Assembly (NCBI GenBank): GCA_965649165.1
Contig: CBFGJT010000006.1
Coordinates: 1,592 to 65,591, forward strand
Source: a candidate division WOR-3 bacterium
GTDB taxonomy: Bacteria > Hydrothermota > Tepidihabitantia > Tepidihabitantales > Tepidihabitantaceae
Length of the DNA stretch: 64,000 nt
Direction: 5' to 3'
In this document: piece by piece, positions 26,606 to 35,922 of the stretch
How positions within the stretch are numbered: the first letter of the stretch is position 1
How the letters are laid out: each line of letters starts with the position of its first letter
Translations under genes and position numbers: made by a program
The notes under the pieces: model-generated
The model's database searches: none
Told to the model about the DNA's origin: nothing
The model's input: the letters and a program-made list of their open reading frames with translations, nothing else

Positions 26606-27748
26606 TTACGGGGTTTTATCCTGAGGTTCCAGCAGTTCTGGCTCCTCTTCGCTCAATTCGTAAATGTTTTTGTCATCCTTCTTTTTAATCAGGAATCCGA
26701 GAAGGAGGACATTACCGGAGAACCAGACCGAAATGCCATATGCCAGAACCATCAGCGCGATGCCGTAGATACAGAAACTGAACAGTAACGTCCCCAGATA
26801 TACACCCCAGCTCGGGCTTTCCCAGAAGAGTGGGCTGAGATAGCTGTCAAGTCCGTAAATACTCATTTCCCAGACAATCATCTTGTGGAGGGGAGTAAGC
26901 ACACCCCATTGCGGGACCGAGATCTGAAAGATGAAGCTGGTGCCGTTGAGCATTTCACTCAGGGTTTCACCCATAAACACTGAAAGAATAAGCGTGCCAA
27001 TCCGGACCGCAAGGCTGGATGCCAGACCTAAAAGCAAAGAACCAATTTTGCTCAGTAAGGCGATGACCGCAGTGAACCAGAAGAGCCGCGCCGGCTGTTC
27101 ATTGATACAGGAAAAGACCTCAAACAGGGTATCAAAGGTGTCGTTCCCCAGCGCACCAACAATCGCCGGCGCCAGAAACAGGGTCCAGACCAGCACTATC
27201 AGGAGATAGACAACGAAAAGGGAAGCGAAGAAAGCGGGGACCGCAAAGATCCCGGTAATTACTGGTCCAATGTAAGGTATTGATCCTAAAGCACTTAGTA
27301 TCAGACCCGCAATTAAAATTATCAGAATAAACGCGATGATGAGCAAGGGACTGCCCAGGGTTGCACCAAGGTTCTGGAGTGCGAACTTAAACGCTTCACC
27401 CGCCTCAAAAAATTCATTCCCGCGGAGCTGCTCGTAGGTAACTTTGGCGACCGCACTGCCGGTAACGAGCATGACGAGCAGAAACCAGATAACACCGAGG
27501 GCATAAATCAGCCAGGAAATCCAGGGGAAGGGAAGGTTGGGCGTAGGAAAAGGAAGAAGCCGGTAGGTTTCCCAGATTGACACCCAGTCGTTACCCGCGA
27601 TCAGGTGGGCAAGGTAGGTAAGTAGTGTATAGCCGGCAAAACCGAATAAGAGACCCAGCATAATCATACCGACCTTCTTGGCAGAAAAGCCCAGGCGCAA
27701 TGCCCGGAAGATGTCTTTGTAATTAAAATGTAATGCACCCATCTTCAA
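26606..27748 (-). CDS. Multi-pass integral membrane protein (unknown family)
   Basis: 380 aa with about 9 hydrophobic segments. The likely start is ATG 27742, 9 nt after GGGAGGAG. The stop lies 2 nt before the hypF frame start. Confidence 0.6.
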   Translation of the reverse strand: MKMGALHFNYKDIFRALRLGFSAKKVGMIMLGLLFGFAGYTLLTYLAHLIAGNDWVSIWETYRLLPFPTPNLPFPWISWLIYALGVIWFLLVMLVTGSAVAKVTYEQLRGNEFFEAGEAFKFALQNLGATLGSPLLIIAFILIILIAGLILSALGSIPYIGPVITGIFAVPAFFASLFVVYLLIVLVWTLFLAPAIVGALGNDTFDTLFEVFSCINEQPARLFWFTAVIALLSKIGSLLLGLASSLAVRIGTLILSVFMGETLSEMLNGTSFIFQISVPQWGVLTPLHKMIVWEMSIYGLDSYLSPLFWESPSWGVYLGTLLFSFCIYGIALMVLAYGISVWFSGNVLLLGFLIKKKDDKNIYELSEEEPELLEPQDKTP

Positions 27749-27760
27749 GCTCCTCCCTTT

Positions 27761-27889
27761 TTATTTAAGCCACTGCCGTAAAATCCAGAAAAGAAAAAAC
27801 AGCAGCCCGCCCCAGAGCAGCCAGAAGAGCCAACGGAGGGGGAAAGAATAACGGCGCTCGGGAAACAGGCGGCGGCGAAATCTCAGCAT
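27761..27889 (-). CDS. Possible 42-aa single-pass membrane peptide
   Basis: Translation is MLRFRRRLFPERRYSFPLRWLFWLLWGGLLFFLFWILRQWLK. It has an ATG start, and its stop abuts the Shine-Dalgarno sequence of the next gene. It is below the ORF-track size cutoff. Confidence 0.3.
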   Translation of the reverse strand: MLRFRRRLFPERRYSFPLRWLFWLLWGGLLFFLFWILRQWLK

Positions 27890-27921
27890 CAGATTTTATT
27901 TTCCACATTGTCAGTTATTTG

Positions 27922-29487
27922 TCAAGGGCTGACGAGCAGACGGCAGGCGGTGCGGGTCTCGGAGCGGAAGAAGTAGATTCCGGGCGGGACCGGACTGCCG
28001 TGATTGCTGTAACCATCCCAGACCGGACTTGAACCGGTTGTTACCAGCGCGCCCCGGGAATCATAAATTGTCCAGCGCGGGTGATCCTTTTGAACTGGCA
28101 GATAAAATGGTGGCCGTCCGACAACAGGGCGGGCGGTCAGCAGTGATGACCGGTCACCGGCCTCAGCGTTTCCGGTCGGCACCATTGCACCGGCGAGCTT
28201 GGCAATGGTGGCAACCGCCGCCTTTATCGCCTCAGTTGCCATCAGCCAGTTGTTCGTGCCGCAGTTGACATAATAGAGCGGACCGATTGTGTCGCCGATC
28301 GTATGGTACATCGGCGTGAAGTCATGCTCAATCCCGCACAGGGCAACATAACCCCGCTGCCAGAACGAATGATGGTCCGAATAGGGGGCAGAGTTCACAA
28401 GCCGGCGCACCGGCTTGAGCGCAGTATAAGTTCGGGCATTGGCGATAAATGAGTCCACGAGCCAGGCGCAGGCAGGGTTGGAGATTTTGCCGATCACCTC
28501 AAAGGAGTCCAAGTTTTGCCGGCCATAGGAGATCATGTCAAAGTTCAGTGCCGCTTTGATTGAGTCCCCGCGCCGGGCAGCCCGGCGGCAGAAGCTGTCT
28601 GAGCCGAAAAGCCCCTGTTCCTCACCGGTGAAGCCGATGAAATAAACTGAATAGGCAAAGTTTATACCCTGAAATACCCGCGCCGCCTCAATCACCGCCG
28701 CGGTGCCAGAGGCGTTGTCATCCGAACCCGGGCAGTGGTCGGGGGCATAATCTGAGGTGTTGTCAATATGTCCGCAGATCACATAGATCGGCCTGGGGTT
28801 GACTCGTCCCAGCTTCACGCCCACGACATTCGGGGCGTAACTGGGGCGGTAGGTCTCAAGTGCGGTGGAGTCACAGCCGTAAGCGGTCAGTTTTTCCCGC
28901 AGCCATTCGACCGCAGAACGGCAGGATTCGGTGGTGGAGTAGCGGGTGTAAAAATCCTGAAGGCGCCGGATATGGGCAAGCACCGAGTCCGGGTTTACCC
29001 GCTCAACCAGCGCAGCAATCAAACTTTCTGAGACTATAACCGGTGCGGGCAGCGGAGCTGCCGGCTGAAGGTTAACCGGTTCAAGGGGCAGATGGCAGAG
29101 TTCGACCGGCAGGCGGTTGAGATCAAGGAGCTGCGTCTCATCGGTTGCCAGCAGAACTCCGCCGGGTGTTTCGCCGGCAATCAGACCGAACCGGTCAAGC
29201 TGGCGCCGGTCAAACCCGGCCGGGGTCTTGACATAGAACAGCTGTTTATCAGCGGGCAGGTTCAGGACCGAAAACAATCCCGGCAGATAGTCAAGCGCGG
29301 CAAGTCGGGCTTCGTCCACACTGAGCAGACAGCGGTCCTCCAGTTCCGCCACCACCGGAAACGGGATCTGACCGACATCTATGCCGGCAAAACCTGGTCC
29401 CGGCGACCACTGCACCAGCAGTTCGCCGGCGACCAGCGGCAGGATAAAAACATTTACTAAAAACAGAACGGTCACACCTTTTTTCAC
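27922..29487 (-). CDS. M28 family aminopeptidase with T9SS-type C-terminal domain
   Basis: Zinc-ligand contexts CGHIDN, DDNASGTAAV and FTGEEQGLFGS. The C-terminus ends GIYFFRSETRTACRLLVSP. Confidence 0.8.
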   Translation of the reverse strand: MKKGVTVLFLVNVFILPLVAGELLVQWSPGPGFAGIDVGQIPFPVVAELEDRCLLSVDEARLAALDYLPGLFSVLNLPADKQLFYVKTPAGFDRRQLDRFGLIAGETPGGVLLATDETQLLDLNRLPVELCHLPLEPVNLQPAAPLPAPVIVSESLIAALVERVNPDSVLAHIRRLQDFYTRYSTTESCRSAVEWLREKLTAYGCDSTALETYRPSYAPNVVGVKLGRVNPRPIYVICGHIDNTSDYAPDHCPGSDDNASGTAAVIEAARVFQGINFAYSVYFIGFTGEEQGLFGSDSFCRRAARRGDSIKAALNFDMISYGRQNLDSFEVIGKISNPACAWLVDSFIANARTYTALKPVRRLVNSAPYSDHHSFWQRGYVALCGIEHDFTPMYHTIGDTIGPLYYVNCGTNNWLMATEAIKAAVATIAKLAGAMVPTGNAEAGDRSSLLTARPVVGRPPFYLPVQKDHPRWTIYDSRGALVTTGSSPVWDGYSNHGSPVPPGIYFFRSETRTACRLLVSP

Positions 29488-29784
29488 TTTTTCCTCCTGC
29501 GTTATAATATAGCTTAATTACTGCCCTCAGGATGTCAAACAAGAAAATAATCGGGGCATTATATTAAACTGAATGCAAACTCGGTTACTTTAAATCGCGA
29601 ATACGGTTCTCAATAAAAATAGTTTAGATCACACGCAGACGGCTGGATCCAAACACATTTTGGGTTCCTATTATAATTTATTGTTTGTCAATGTGTTATG
29701 TTTATATACCCCCCTTCAGTCCGCTCCGGGGGCAGTTCCCCCTACCGTGGGGTAGGATGTCGGGTGCGGGCGTGATGGGGTTAA

Positions 29785-31161
29785 CTAACGTAGAATCAAG
29801 AGTTTGTGCCAGCGGTTTCCATTGGATAGAAAGTAAACTCCGGGTTTCCGGCGGGAGCCGGTCAGGTTTACCCTTCTGCCGGCAGGATCAAGAGCCGTGA
29901 TGGCGGTGGTTAAAACTGGTTTTATGGTGCGGGGTCGGGACACAAGCGGGGGTACCAGCTGGGAGAAGAATAGACCACGGGCGGTTGTGCCTGCTCCATA
30001 GTGACTGAACAGTGCGCCCGAGCTGAGCGCCCTGGGCCGGGCACCAAAGGCTGTGGCGTTAGCCCGCGAATCATTGATTTTCAGTGGGAAACTGAGCAGA
30101 AAGGGCGCATAGGAGCGGGCATAACGGTAATAGATTACCGTCGGGTCAATTTCACCACCGGCACCAGCATTGTAGAGCAGGTTGAGGGTGGTGCTGGTGG
30201 CGGCGAGGCTGGGCCACCATTCATTAATGAAGGGTTCACCGAGGTTAACCGGCGCCGAAAAGGTGCTGCCACCGTCAGTTGAGCAGGTGAGGAGCAGGTC
30301 CAGCATCTCAGTATCACGACGGGCAACGGTCCAGGCGATCCAGACCGGCGCACGCCACGGGGGGGTGGTTTCAGCCTGAACCACCGCAGGCGTAAAGCAT
30401 TTTTCGCCGGTAGCATAAAGCACCTGCAGCAGCTCCCACCGGCCGGGCGCACCAAAGTGCCGGTTCCGGGTGTAATGGAGCTGGCGGTTGTCAGTTGCAT
30501 AGCGCCAGACACAGTGGAGAGTGCCGGCACCGAAGTAAAGGCACGGTTGAGAGCAGTTGTAAAAATCCTGAGGCGGTTCCCAGGTGCTGCCGAGATCCAA
30601 CGAGCGGGTAAATTGGCCATTGGGTCCGGTCCGGTGTTCGCGGACATATAGACAGTAGAGATAGGGACGGGAGTTATTGTCAACGGCAACGGTGAACTGG
30701 TCGATCGTGTCCGGTCCGACCGCAACCGGCAACCAGTCCCGAATGGTGAAATCGGATGTGGTTCGGAGTAGCCACAGGTCTCCACCCGCGCGGGTTGTCA
30801 GTAAAAATATGTAGATTTTTGCTGGATCCGATTCGACGATCAGGAGTTCTGCCTGCCTGACCGGAGCCGGCACGGGCATTGTCAGCATCATTTCCCAGAA
30901 GCTACCCTGATCTGAAGAGCGATAAACTTTCAGAATTGAGTCCGGGGTGATCAGGAGTGCATAGATGCTGCCAGCATAGTCCTGAGCACCGGTAAGCACC
31001 TCTACGGAGCAGGTGTCAATGACAATCTCATCCTGATACATATCAAATAGCGGCTGGTTGTCGGTCAAGAGCGGTACTGAGTTCCAAGCAGTTTTTGTCG
31101 TGGTCAGACCAGGGCCGGAAATCAGTCCGGTTAGAAGAAAAAGCGCAGTAAAAATCGGCAT
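29785..31161 (-). CDS. BNR/Asp-box repeat (sialidase-like beta-propeller) protein with T9SS-type C-terminal domain
   Basis: Asp-boxes SSDQGSFW, SLDLGSTW and STDGGSTF, plus a signal peptide. The C-terminus ends GVYFLSNGNRWHKLLILR. Confidence 0.65.
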   Translation of the reverse strand: MPIFTALFLLTGLISGPGLTTTKTAWNSVPLLTDNQPLFDMYQDEIVIDTCSVEVLTGAQDYAGSIYALLITPDSILKVYRSSDQGSFWEMMLTMPVPAPVRQAELLIVESDPAKIYIFLLTTRAGGDLWLLRTTSDFTIRDWLPVAVGPDTIDQFTVAVDNNSRPYLYCLYVREHRTGPNGQFTRSLDLGSTWEPPQDFYNCSQPCLYFGAGTLHCVWRYATDNRQLHYTRNRHFGAPGRWELLQVLYATGEKCFTPAVVQAETTPPWRAPVWIAWTVARRDTEMLDLLLTCSTDGGSTFSAPVNLGEPFINEWWPSLAATSTTLNLLYNAGAGGEIDPTVIYYRYARSYAPFLLSFPLKINDSRANATAFGARPRALSSGALFSHYGAGTTARGLFFSQLVPPLVSRPRTIKPVLTTAITALDPAGRRVNLTGSRRKPGVYFLSNGNRWHKLLILR

Positions 31162-31287
31162 GTCACAAATAACTTATCAGCGGGAGGGCAGAAAGTCAAT
31201 TTTAATCATCAGCTAAAAATTGAAAAATTCGGCAAAGCAGATTTGCTTGAGCTGCAATTTTCTACAGATATAATATCAGAGACACTT

Positions 31288-32895
31288 ATGAGCAGCCGGC
31301 GACAGGTTCCAGTTGTGCTTGTGCTCTATGACACGCCAGGCAAGTTTCAAACCCTGGTGGAATATGCTCGTCAGTTTGACAATGGCAGACTGGCGCAGGA
31401 GTTTAAGTTTGTCTATTGCGACTGCCTGGACGGGATAAAAAAATGGTACCGGCAGAATGCAGGGGTTCATGTTGCCGGCATTGTGCTCGGAGTTGATTTC
31501 TCCGGGGTGGACAGCGAGCAGAAGCTGGCGGTTTCCCCTCTGGGATTGCGTCCTGCTGGCTTGGCAATGGATGTCCGCCGGCTTCAGGGTTTTATTATCT
31601 ATTACCATATGCGCCACCTTAATATTGAGCAGATCGCCCCGGTAGTATTTCACCTCGGCGCTGAGCTGCTGCAGTCGCCAGAACGGTATATTGATATCTG
31701 TCACGTCCCCGGACTGGGTGAATGTCATTTTGCCGGTCCAGCAGGCGACGAATGTGAGGAGCTGGCGGTGCTGAAAAAGCTGGATCTGTGTGCGCTCAGA
31801 CCACTTACAGATGACAGACGGTTCTACTGGCGGGAGAATCACAAAATGGTGGTCGGCAGGTCACGGCGGATGGCTGCGCTCGTGCGGGAAATTGAGCGCA
31901 CCGCACCAACCGACAGCATTGTCTTGGTGATCGGTCCGCCCGGCACCGGCAAGGAGCTTGTCGCCCAGGCGATTCACCATCTGAGTTACCGCTATTCAGA
32001 GCGGGTGCCGGAGAGGAGGAATGTACTGACGGTGCAGATGACCACGATGGACAAGAATCTCTGCATTGATGAGCTTTTTGGGCACGAGGCCGGCGCCTTT
32101 ACCGATGCCCGGACACCGCGTGCGGGGATCTTTGAGGCTGCCCGGGGGTCCACCGTTTTTCTGGATGAGATCGGAGAGATTGACCAGGAGCTGCAGAAGA
32201 AACTGCTCCGAGTGATTGAGTATCACCGGATTAAAAGGCTGGGGAGTTCAGTGGAGAAGGAGGTTGATGTCCGGATTATTACCGCAACGAACCGGACGAT
32301 CGAGGAGCTGCAGCAGCGGTTCCGGAGCGACTTTTACACCCGACTCGTTCAACACTGTATTGCGGTGCCTTCGGTTGCTGAGCGCTGGTTTGGAGAAAAG
32401 CCGCAGACGGTTGAGGATGATATTGGCGAGTTTTTTGACTTCTTTATAAGCGAGCGGAACCAAAATCCCTATGTCCGACAGAAACTGCAGCCGGACCTGA
32501 ACGCAGTACGGTTTCTCACTCAGATTGTGCTCCAGAATATTTCCGGAGAAAGACCGCTTTTTACCGCGGGCAACGTACGCACGCTGCGGGCAATTATCAA
32601 TCAGGCTTATGACCGGGCACAGTATGAACACTCGCGCATAATAAGCGTTGGACATATTGCCACCGCTGTCGCCCAGTTTCAGGCACAGATAGCCCCGCCT
32701 GCACCCGGAGTTAAACCCGGCACCCAAGCCAGTATTGAACATATTGTCGGTTCGCTGAAACTGTCAGAGCTGGAGAAGCTGGCAATCCAGGAGGCGCTGA
32801 TAAAATGCAACGGTAATCAGAGCCGAGCAGCAGCACTTCTGGGAATCCATCGTGACACGTTAAGAAAGAAAATCAGAGAATACGGCATAAGTTAA
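31288..32895 (+). CDS. Sigma-54-dependent transcriptional activator (bEBP) with non-canonical N-terminal domain
   Basis: AAA+ core with GPPGTGKELVAQAIH, GAFTDA (a GAFTGA-loop variant) and TVFLDEIGEI. The C-terminus has a Fis-type HTH, RAAALLGIHRDTLRKKI. ATG 31288 lies 13 nt after TATAAT 31269-31274. The track start, TTG 31243, is upstream of that promoter. Confidence 0.85.
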   Translation: MSSRRQVPVVLVLYDTPGKFQTLVEYARQFDNGRLAQEFKFVYCDCLDGIKKWYRQNAGVHVAGIVLGVDFSGVDSEQKLAVSPLGLRPAGLAMDVRRLQGFIIYYHMRHLNIEQIAPVVFHLGAELLQSPERYIDICHVPGLGECHFAGPAGDECEELAVLKKLDLCALRPLTDDRRFYWRENHKMVVGRSRRMAALVREIERTAPTDSIVLVIGPPGTGKELVAQAIHHLSYRYSERVPERRNVLTVQMTTMDKNLCIDELFGHEAGAFTDARTPRAGIFEAARGSTVFLDEIGEIDQELQKKLLRVIEYHRIKRLGSSVEKEVDVRIITATNRTIEELQQRFRSDFYTRLVQHCIAVPSVAERWFGEKPQTVEDDIGEFFDFFISERNQNPYVRQKLQPDLNAVRFLTQIVLQNISGERPLFTAGNVRTLRAIINQAYDRAQYEHSRIISVGHIATAVAQFQAQIAPPAPGVKPGTQASIEHIVGSLKLSELEKLAIQEALIKCNGNQSRAAALLGIHRDTLRKKIREYGIS

Positions 32896-33004
32896 TAAAA
32901 TCTGCAGAAAAAATAAGCAGTAACCGCCGTATTATTAAGCAGGATAAATAGGGCCACTATTTATAACCATTTTAAAATAAGAGTGTTAGTTAAATATTTA
33001 TAAT

Positions 33005-33020
33005 TGGCACATAATTTGTA
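33005..33020 (+). promoter_or_regulatory. Candidate sigma-54 (-24/-12) promoter upstream of tldD
   Basis: TGGCAC-ataat-TTGTA. The -24 element is a perfect match and the -12 element is TTGT rather than TTGC. It lies 110 nt after the bEBP stop and about 200 nt before tldD. Confidence 0.4.
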
Positions 33021-33220
33021 TATATTATTATTGCCTTTTGACCGAGCCTGAAACGGGGTTACAGGGGGTAGCGCTTTAGGTATTGGCTGGATTCCCCAGC
33101 CGGCGCAGATAAATTGGGCGGTGTGCCAGTTCCCACGGCGCATCGCCCTTTTCCTTTGCGCTGGTTTATGGCCGTTAAAGTTGACATTACATTATATTTT
33201 ATTATTCTGTGGAGACTGAT

Positions 33221-34585
33221 ATGAAGGCGTTTCTCAAAGAGGTGCTTGCCGGGCTGGCAGTGGATTATGCCGATATCCGGGTTGAAGAGAGTGAAACCAC
33301 GAGGATTGTATATCGCGGCCGGGAGCTTGAGGATATCGGTACCAGTTTTGAGCGGGGCGGATGTCTGCGGGTTTTCTATCGGGGAAACTGGGTGATTGCC
33401 AGCTTTAATACTGTGGATGAGTCGCTTAAGGAGTTGGCAGATGAGCTGGCGATTCAGGCAGCAGAACTGCCACCGCGGGAAGGTGGTCTGATCCACCTGC
33501 CGGCACTTGACGAGATAATCCGCATGCCCAGGCATGAGGACCCGAGGGCGGTGCCGCTCGCGCGCAAGCAGCAGTTGATTCACGATTACAACCGGCTGCT
33601 TCTGGAGCCGAAGCAGATAATAAGTACGGTATCGTCATATCTGGATAGCCACAGGACCGTTTACTGGTATTCGAGCGAGGACCGTTACATTGAGCAGGAG
33701 TTTGTGCGCACCGGTTTTTCCTGTCAGGCGATTGCCCGGGACGGAGCCAACATTCAGCAGTATGGAGAGTCCTTTGGCCGGGCCGCTGGGTTTGAGTCGC
33801 TTTCGGGCAAGGAGGGTATGGTTGAACGGGTGGCAAAAATTGCGATTGACCTGCTAAAGGCGGAGCCGGTGAGTGCCGGGACATATACGGTGATCATTGA
33901 TCCGCTGCTCGGCGGAATATTTGCCCATGAGGCGTTCGGCCATCTGAGTGAGGCAGATCACATCGCGGAAAATGAACGGCTGAAACAGCTGATGCGAATC
34001 GGAACCCGGTATGGGGTTGAGGAGCTGACAATTGTTGATGACCCGACCCTGCCGGGCGAAAACGGCAGTTACCGCTATGACGATGAGGGGGTACCGGCTC
34101 AGCGCACCGAACTGATCAAAAACGGGGTGATCTCCAGCCATTTGCACAGCCGGCATACCGCCTATCTGATGGGAGAGGGTGCAACCGGTAATGCCCGGGC
34201 TGTCAGTTACCGGTTTGCTCCGATCGTGCGGATGAGTAACACCTACATCGTGCCCCAAAACCGGCGGTTTGATGAGATGCTGGCTGAGGTCAGGGATGGG
34301 CTTTATGTCGTGGGCAGCCGGGGTGGAATGACCGAGCTGGAAACATTCACCTTTTCTTCCCAGTATGCTTACCGGATTGAAGATGGCAAGCTCACGAAGA
34401 TGGTCCGGGATGCGACCCTTGCCGGCAATGTGTTTGAGACCTTGAAGAATATTGATGCCATCGGCAATGACCTGAGGATTCATGGCGGGCTCGGCGGTTG
34501 TGGAAAGGATGGGCAGTCGCCGCTGCCGGTCACGACCGGTGCCCCGCACATCAGAATCAGAAATGTGGTAATCGGCGGCCGATAA
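33221..34585 (+). CDS. tldD: TldD family metalloprotease
   Basis: HExxxH motif HEAFGHLSE and C-terminal GGCGKDGQ. ATG 33221 is preceded by GGAG. The track start is GTG 33209. Confidence 0.85.
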   Translation: MKAFLKEVLAGLAVDYADIRVEESETTRIVYRGRELEDIGTSFERGGCLRVFYRGNWVIASFNTVDESLKELADELAIQAAELPPREGGLIHLPALDEIIRMPRHEDPRAVPLARKQQLIHDYNRLLLEPKQIISTVSSYLDSHRTVYWYSSEDRYIEQEFVRTGFSCQAIARDGANIQQYGESFGRAAGFESLSGKEGMVERVAKIAIDLLKAEPVSAGTYTVIIDPLLGGIFAHEAFGHLSEADHIAENERLKQLMRIGTRYGVEELTIVDDPTLPGENGSYRYDDEGVPAQRTELIKNGVISSHLHSRHTAYLMGEGATGNARAVSYRFAPIVRMSNTYIVPQNRRFDEMLAEVRDGLYVVGSRGGMTELETFTFSSQYAYRIEDGKLTKMVRDATLAGNVFETLKNIDAIGNDLRIHGGLGGCGKDGQSPLPVTTGAPHIRIRNVVIGGR

Positions 34586-34609
34586 TAAGTTAACCAGCAG
34601 GAGGAGGAG

Positions 34610-35911
34610 ATGAGACTGGAGCTCCTGGAGCTGGCAGCCAGTCGGGTGGAGCAGGCTGATGTGTATGAGAGTGAGATTGACCTGACCGAAGTGGTTTTCC
34701 GGCAGGGTAAATTTTTCGCTCAGGAGACCAAGTTGACCCATGGTCTGGGGTTGCGGGTAATTAAAAACGGCAAGGTGGGTTTTGCCGCCAGTACTAACCC
34801 CCAGCGGCTAAAGGAGCAAATCCAGGCTGCGATCGATGCCGCTGCTTTCGGGCAGACCGCCAGGTTTGATCTGCCGGGTCCGGCTGAGCCACCTGCGGTT
34901 CAGACCTTTGATAACCGCACTCTGCTCGTCAACATTCAGAAGATGCGGGAGTGGGGTAGTGATCTGATTGAGGCACTGAATTCCCGGATGCCCGAGCTTA
35001 AGGCCGACCTGCATTTCAGTCGCTGTTATCGGGAGATCGGGTTGGCAAATACACGCGGGGCTGACCTTAGCTTTGAGCGGGTGGAGCTGGAGCTGTCGAT
35101 TGCCGGTCTGCTGGTGCAGGACGGTATTTTCTGGGTTTATGATTATGTTAATCTTTCCGGCGGGCAGAGCTTTCCGCTCGATCAGGTGGCAGAGCGCGTG
35201 GTAAATCTCGCCCGGCTGGGCAAGCAGAAGGCAACACTCAAAAGCGGAGATTATCCAGTGGTGGTAATGCCATTTGCGCTGCCCCAGCTGCTTTTGCCCC
35301 TGCTGATTGCGGTCAACGGAAAAAACCGGCAGAAAGGCACTTCGCCCCTGATCAACCGGGAAAATCAGGCGGTGCTGAGCTCGAAGATTACGCTTGCGGA
35401 CAATCGTCTGCGGCCGTTTGGGACTGCATCCGCTCCATTTGATGGTGAGGGGCTGCCGGCGGTCAGGAAGGTGCTGTTTGAGCGTGGAGTATTCAAAGGT
35501 TTTATCTACGACCTGGCAACCGCAGCCGCCTGCGGCACAAACTCAACCGGTTCCGCGGTGCGAAGCTATTCCAGCCTGCCTGTGCCCGGTCTGAGTAATA
35601 TTGAAATTGAACCCGGGACCGCAGAGCTGGAAAGTGTCATCAAGGATATCCCCGTCGGGATGCTCGTCTACGGTTTTCTGGGTGGCGGGATGTCCAATCT
35701 TCTTGCCGGTGAAGTGGCACTGAATGTCAGCTGCGGCTACAAGATTGAAAAAGGTAATATCACCGGCAGGCTCAAGGATGTAAGTGTTGCCGGCAATGTT
35801 TATGATCTGTTTCAGCGGGTGGAGGCGGTGGGCGCAACCCAGCGGGACCTGGGTGATTATTATCTCCCGTTTATAAAATTTTCCAGTTTCCGGGTGGCAT
35901 GTAAGGAGTAA
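34610..35911 (+). CDS. pmbA: PmbA/TldE family protein
   Basis: 433 aa, TldD/PmbA-fold paralogue without HExxxH. It sits immediately after tldD. Confidence 0.8.
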   Translation: MRLELLELAASRVEQADVYESEIDLTEVVFRQGKFFAQETKLTHGLGLRVIKNGKVGFAASTNPQRLKEQIQAAIDAAAFGQTARFDLPGPAEPPAVQTFDNRTLLVNIQKMREWGSDLIEALNSRMPELKADLHFSRCYREIGLANTRGADLSFERVELELSIAGLLVQDGIFWVYDYVNLSGGQSFPLDQVAERVVNLARLGKQKATLKSGDYPVVVMPFALPQLLLPLLIAVNGKNRQKGTSPLINRENQAVLSSKITLADNRLRPFGTASAPFDGEGLPAVRKVLFERGVFKGFIYDLATAAACGTNSTGSAVRSYSSLPVPGLSNIEIEPGTAELESVIKDIPVGMLVYGFLGGGMSNLLAGEVALNVSCGYKIEKGNITGRLKDVSVAGNVYDLFQRVEAVGATQRDLGDYYLPFIKFSSFRVACKE

Positions 35912-35922
35912 AGGGGGGTATT

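Noticed and set aside
33169-33225. 18-codon ORF (MAVKVDITLYFIILWRLI) overlapping the tldD start in an ATGA-like arrangement, considered as a possible TldD/E substrate peptide
   Set aside because: It has no Shine-Dalgarno sequence, overlaps a TTGACA-containing AT-rich stretch, and offers nothing to test conservation against. This is speculation only.
33059-34741. Minus-strand ORFs of 174, 152 and 295 aa opposite tldD
   Set aside because: They are antisense shadows of a gene with a clear HExxxH metalloprotease signature.
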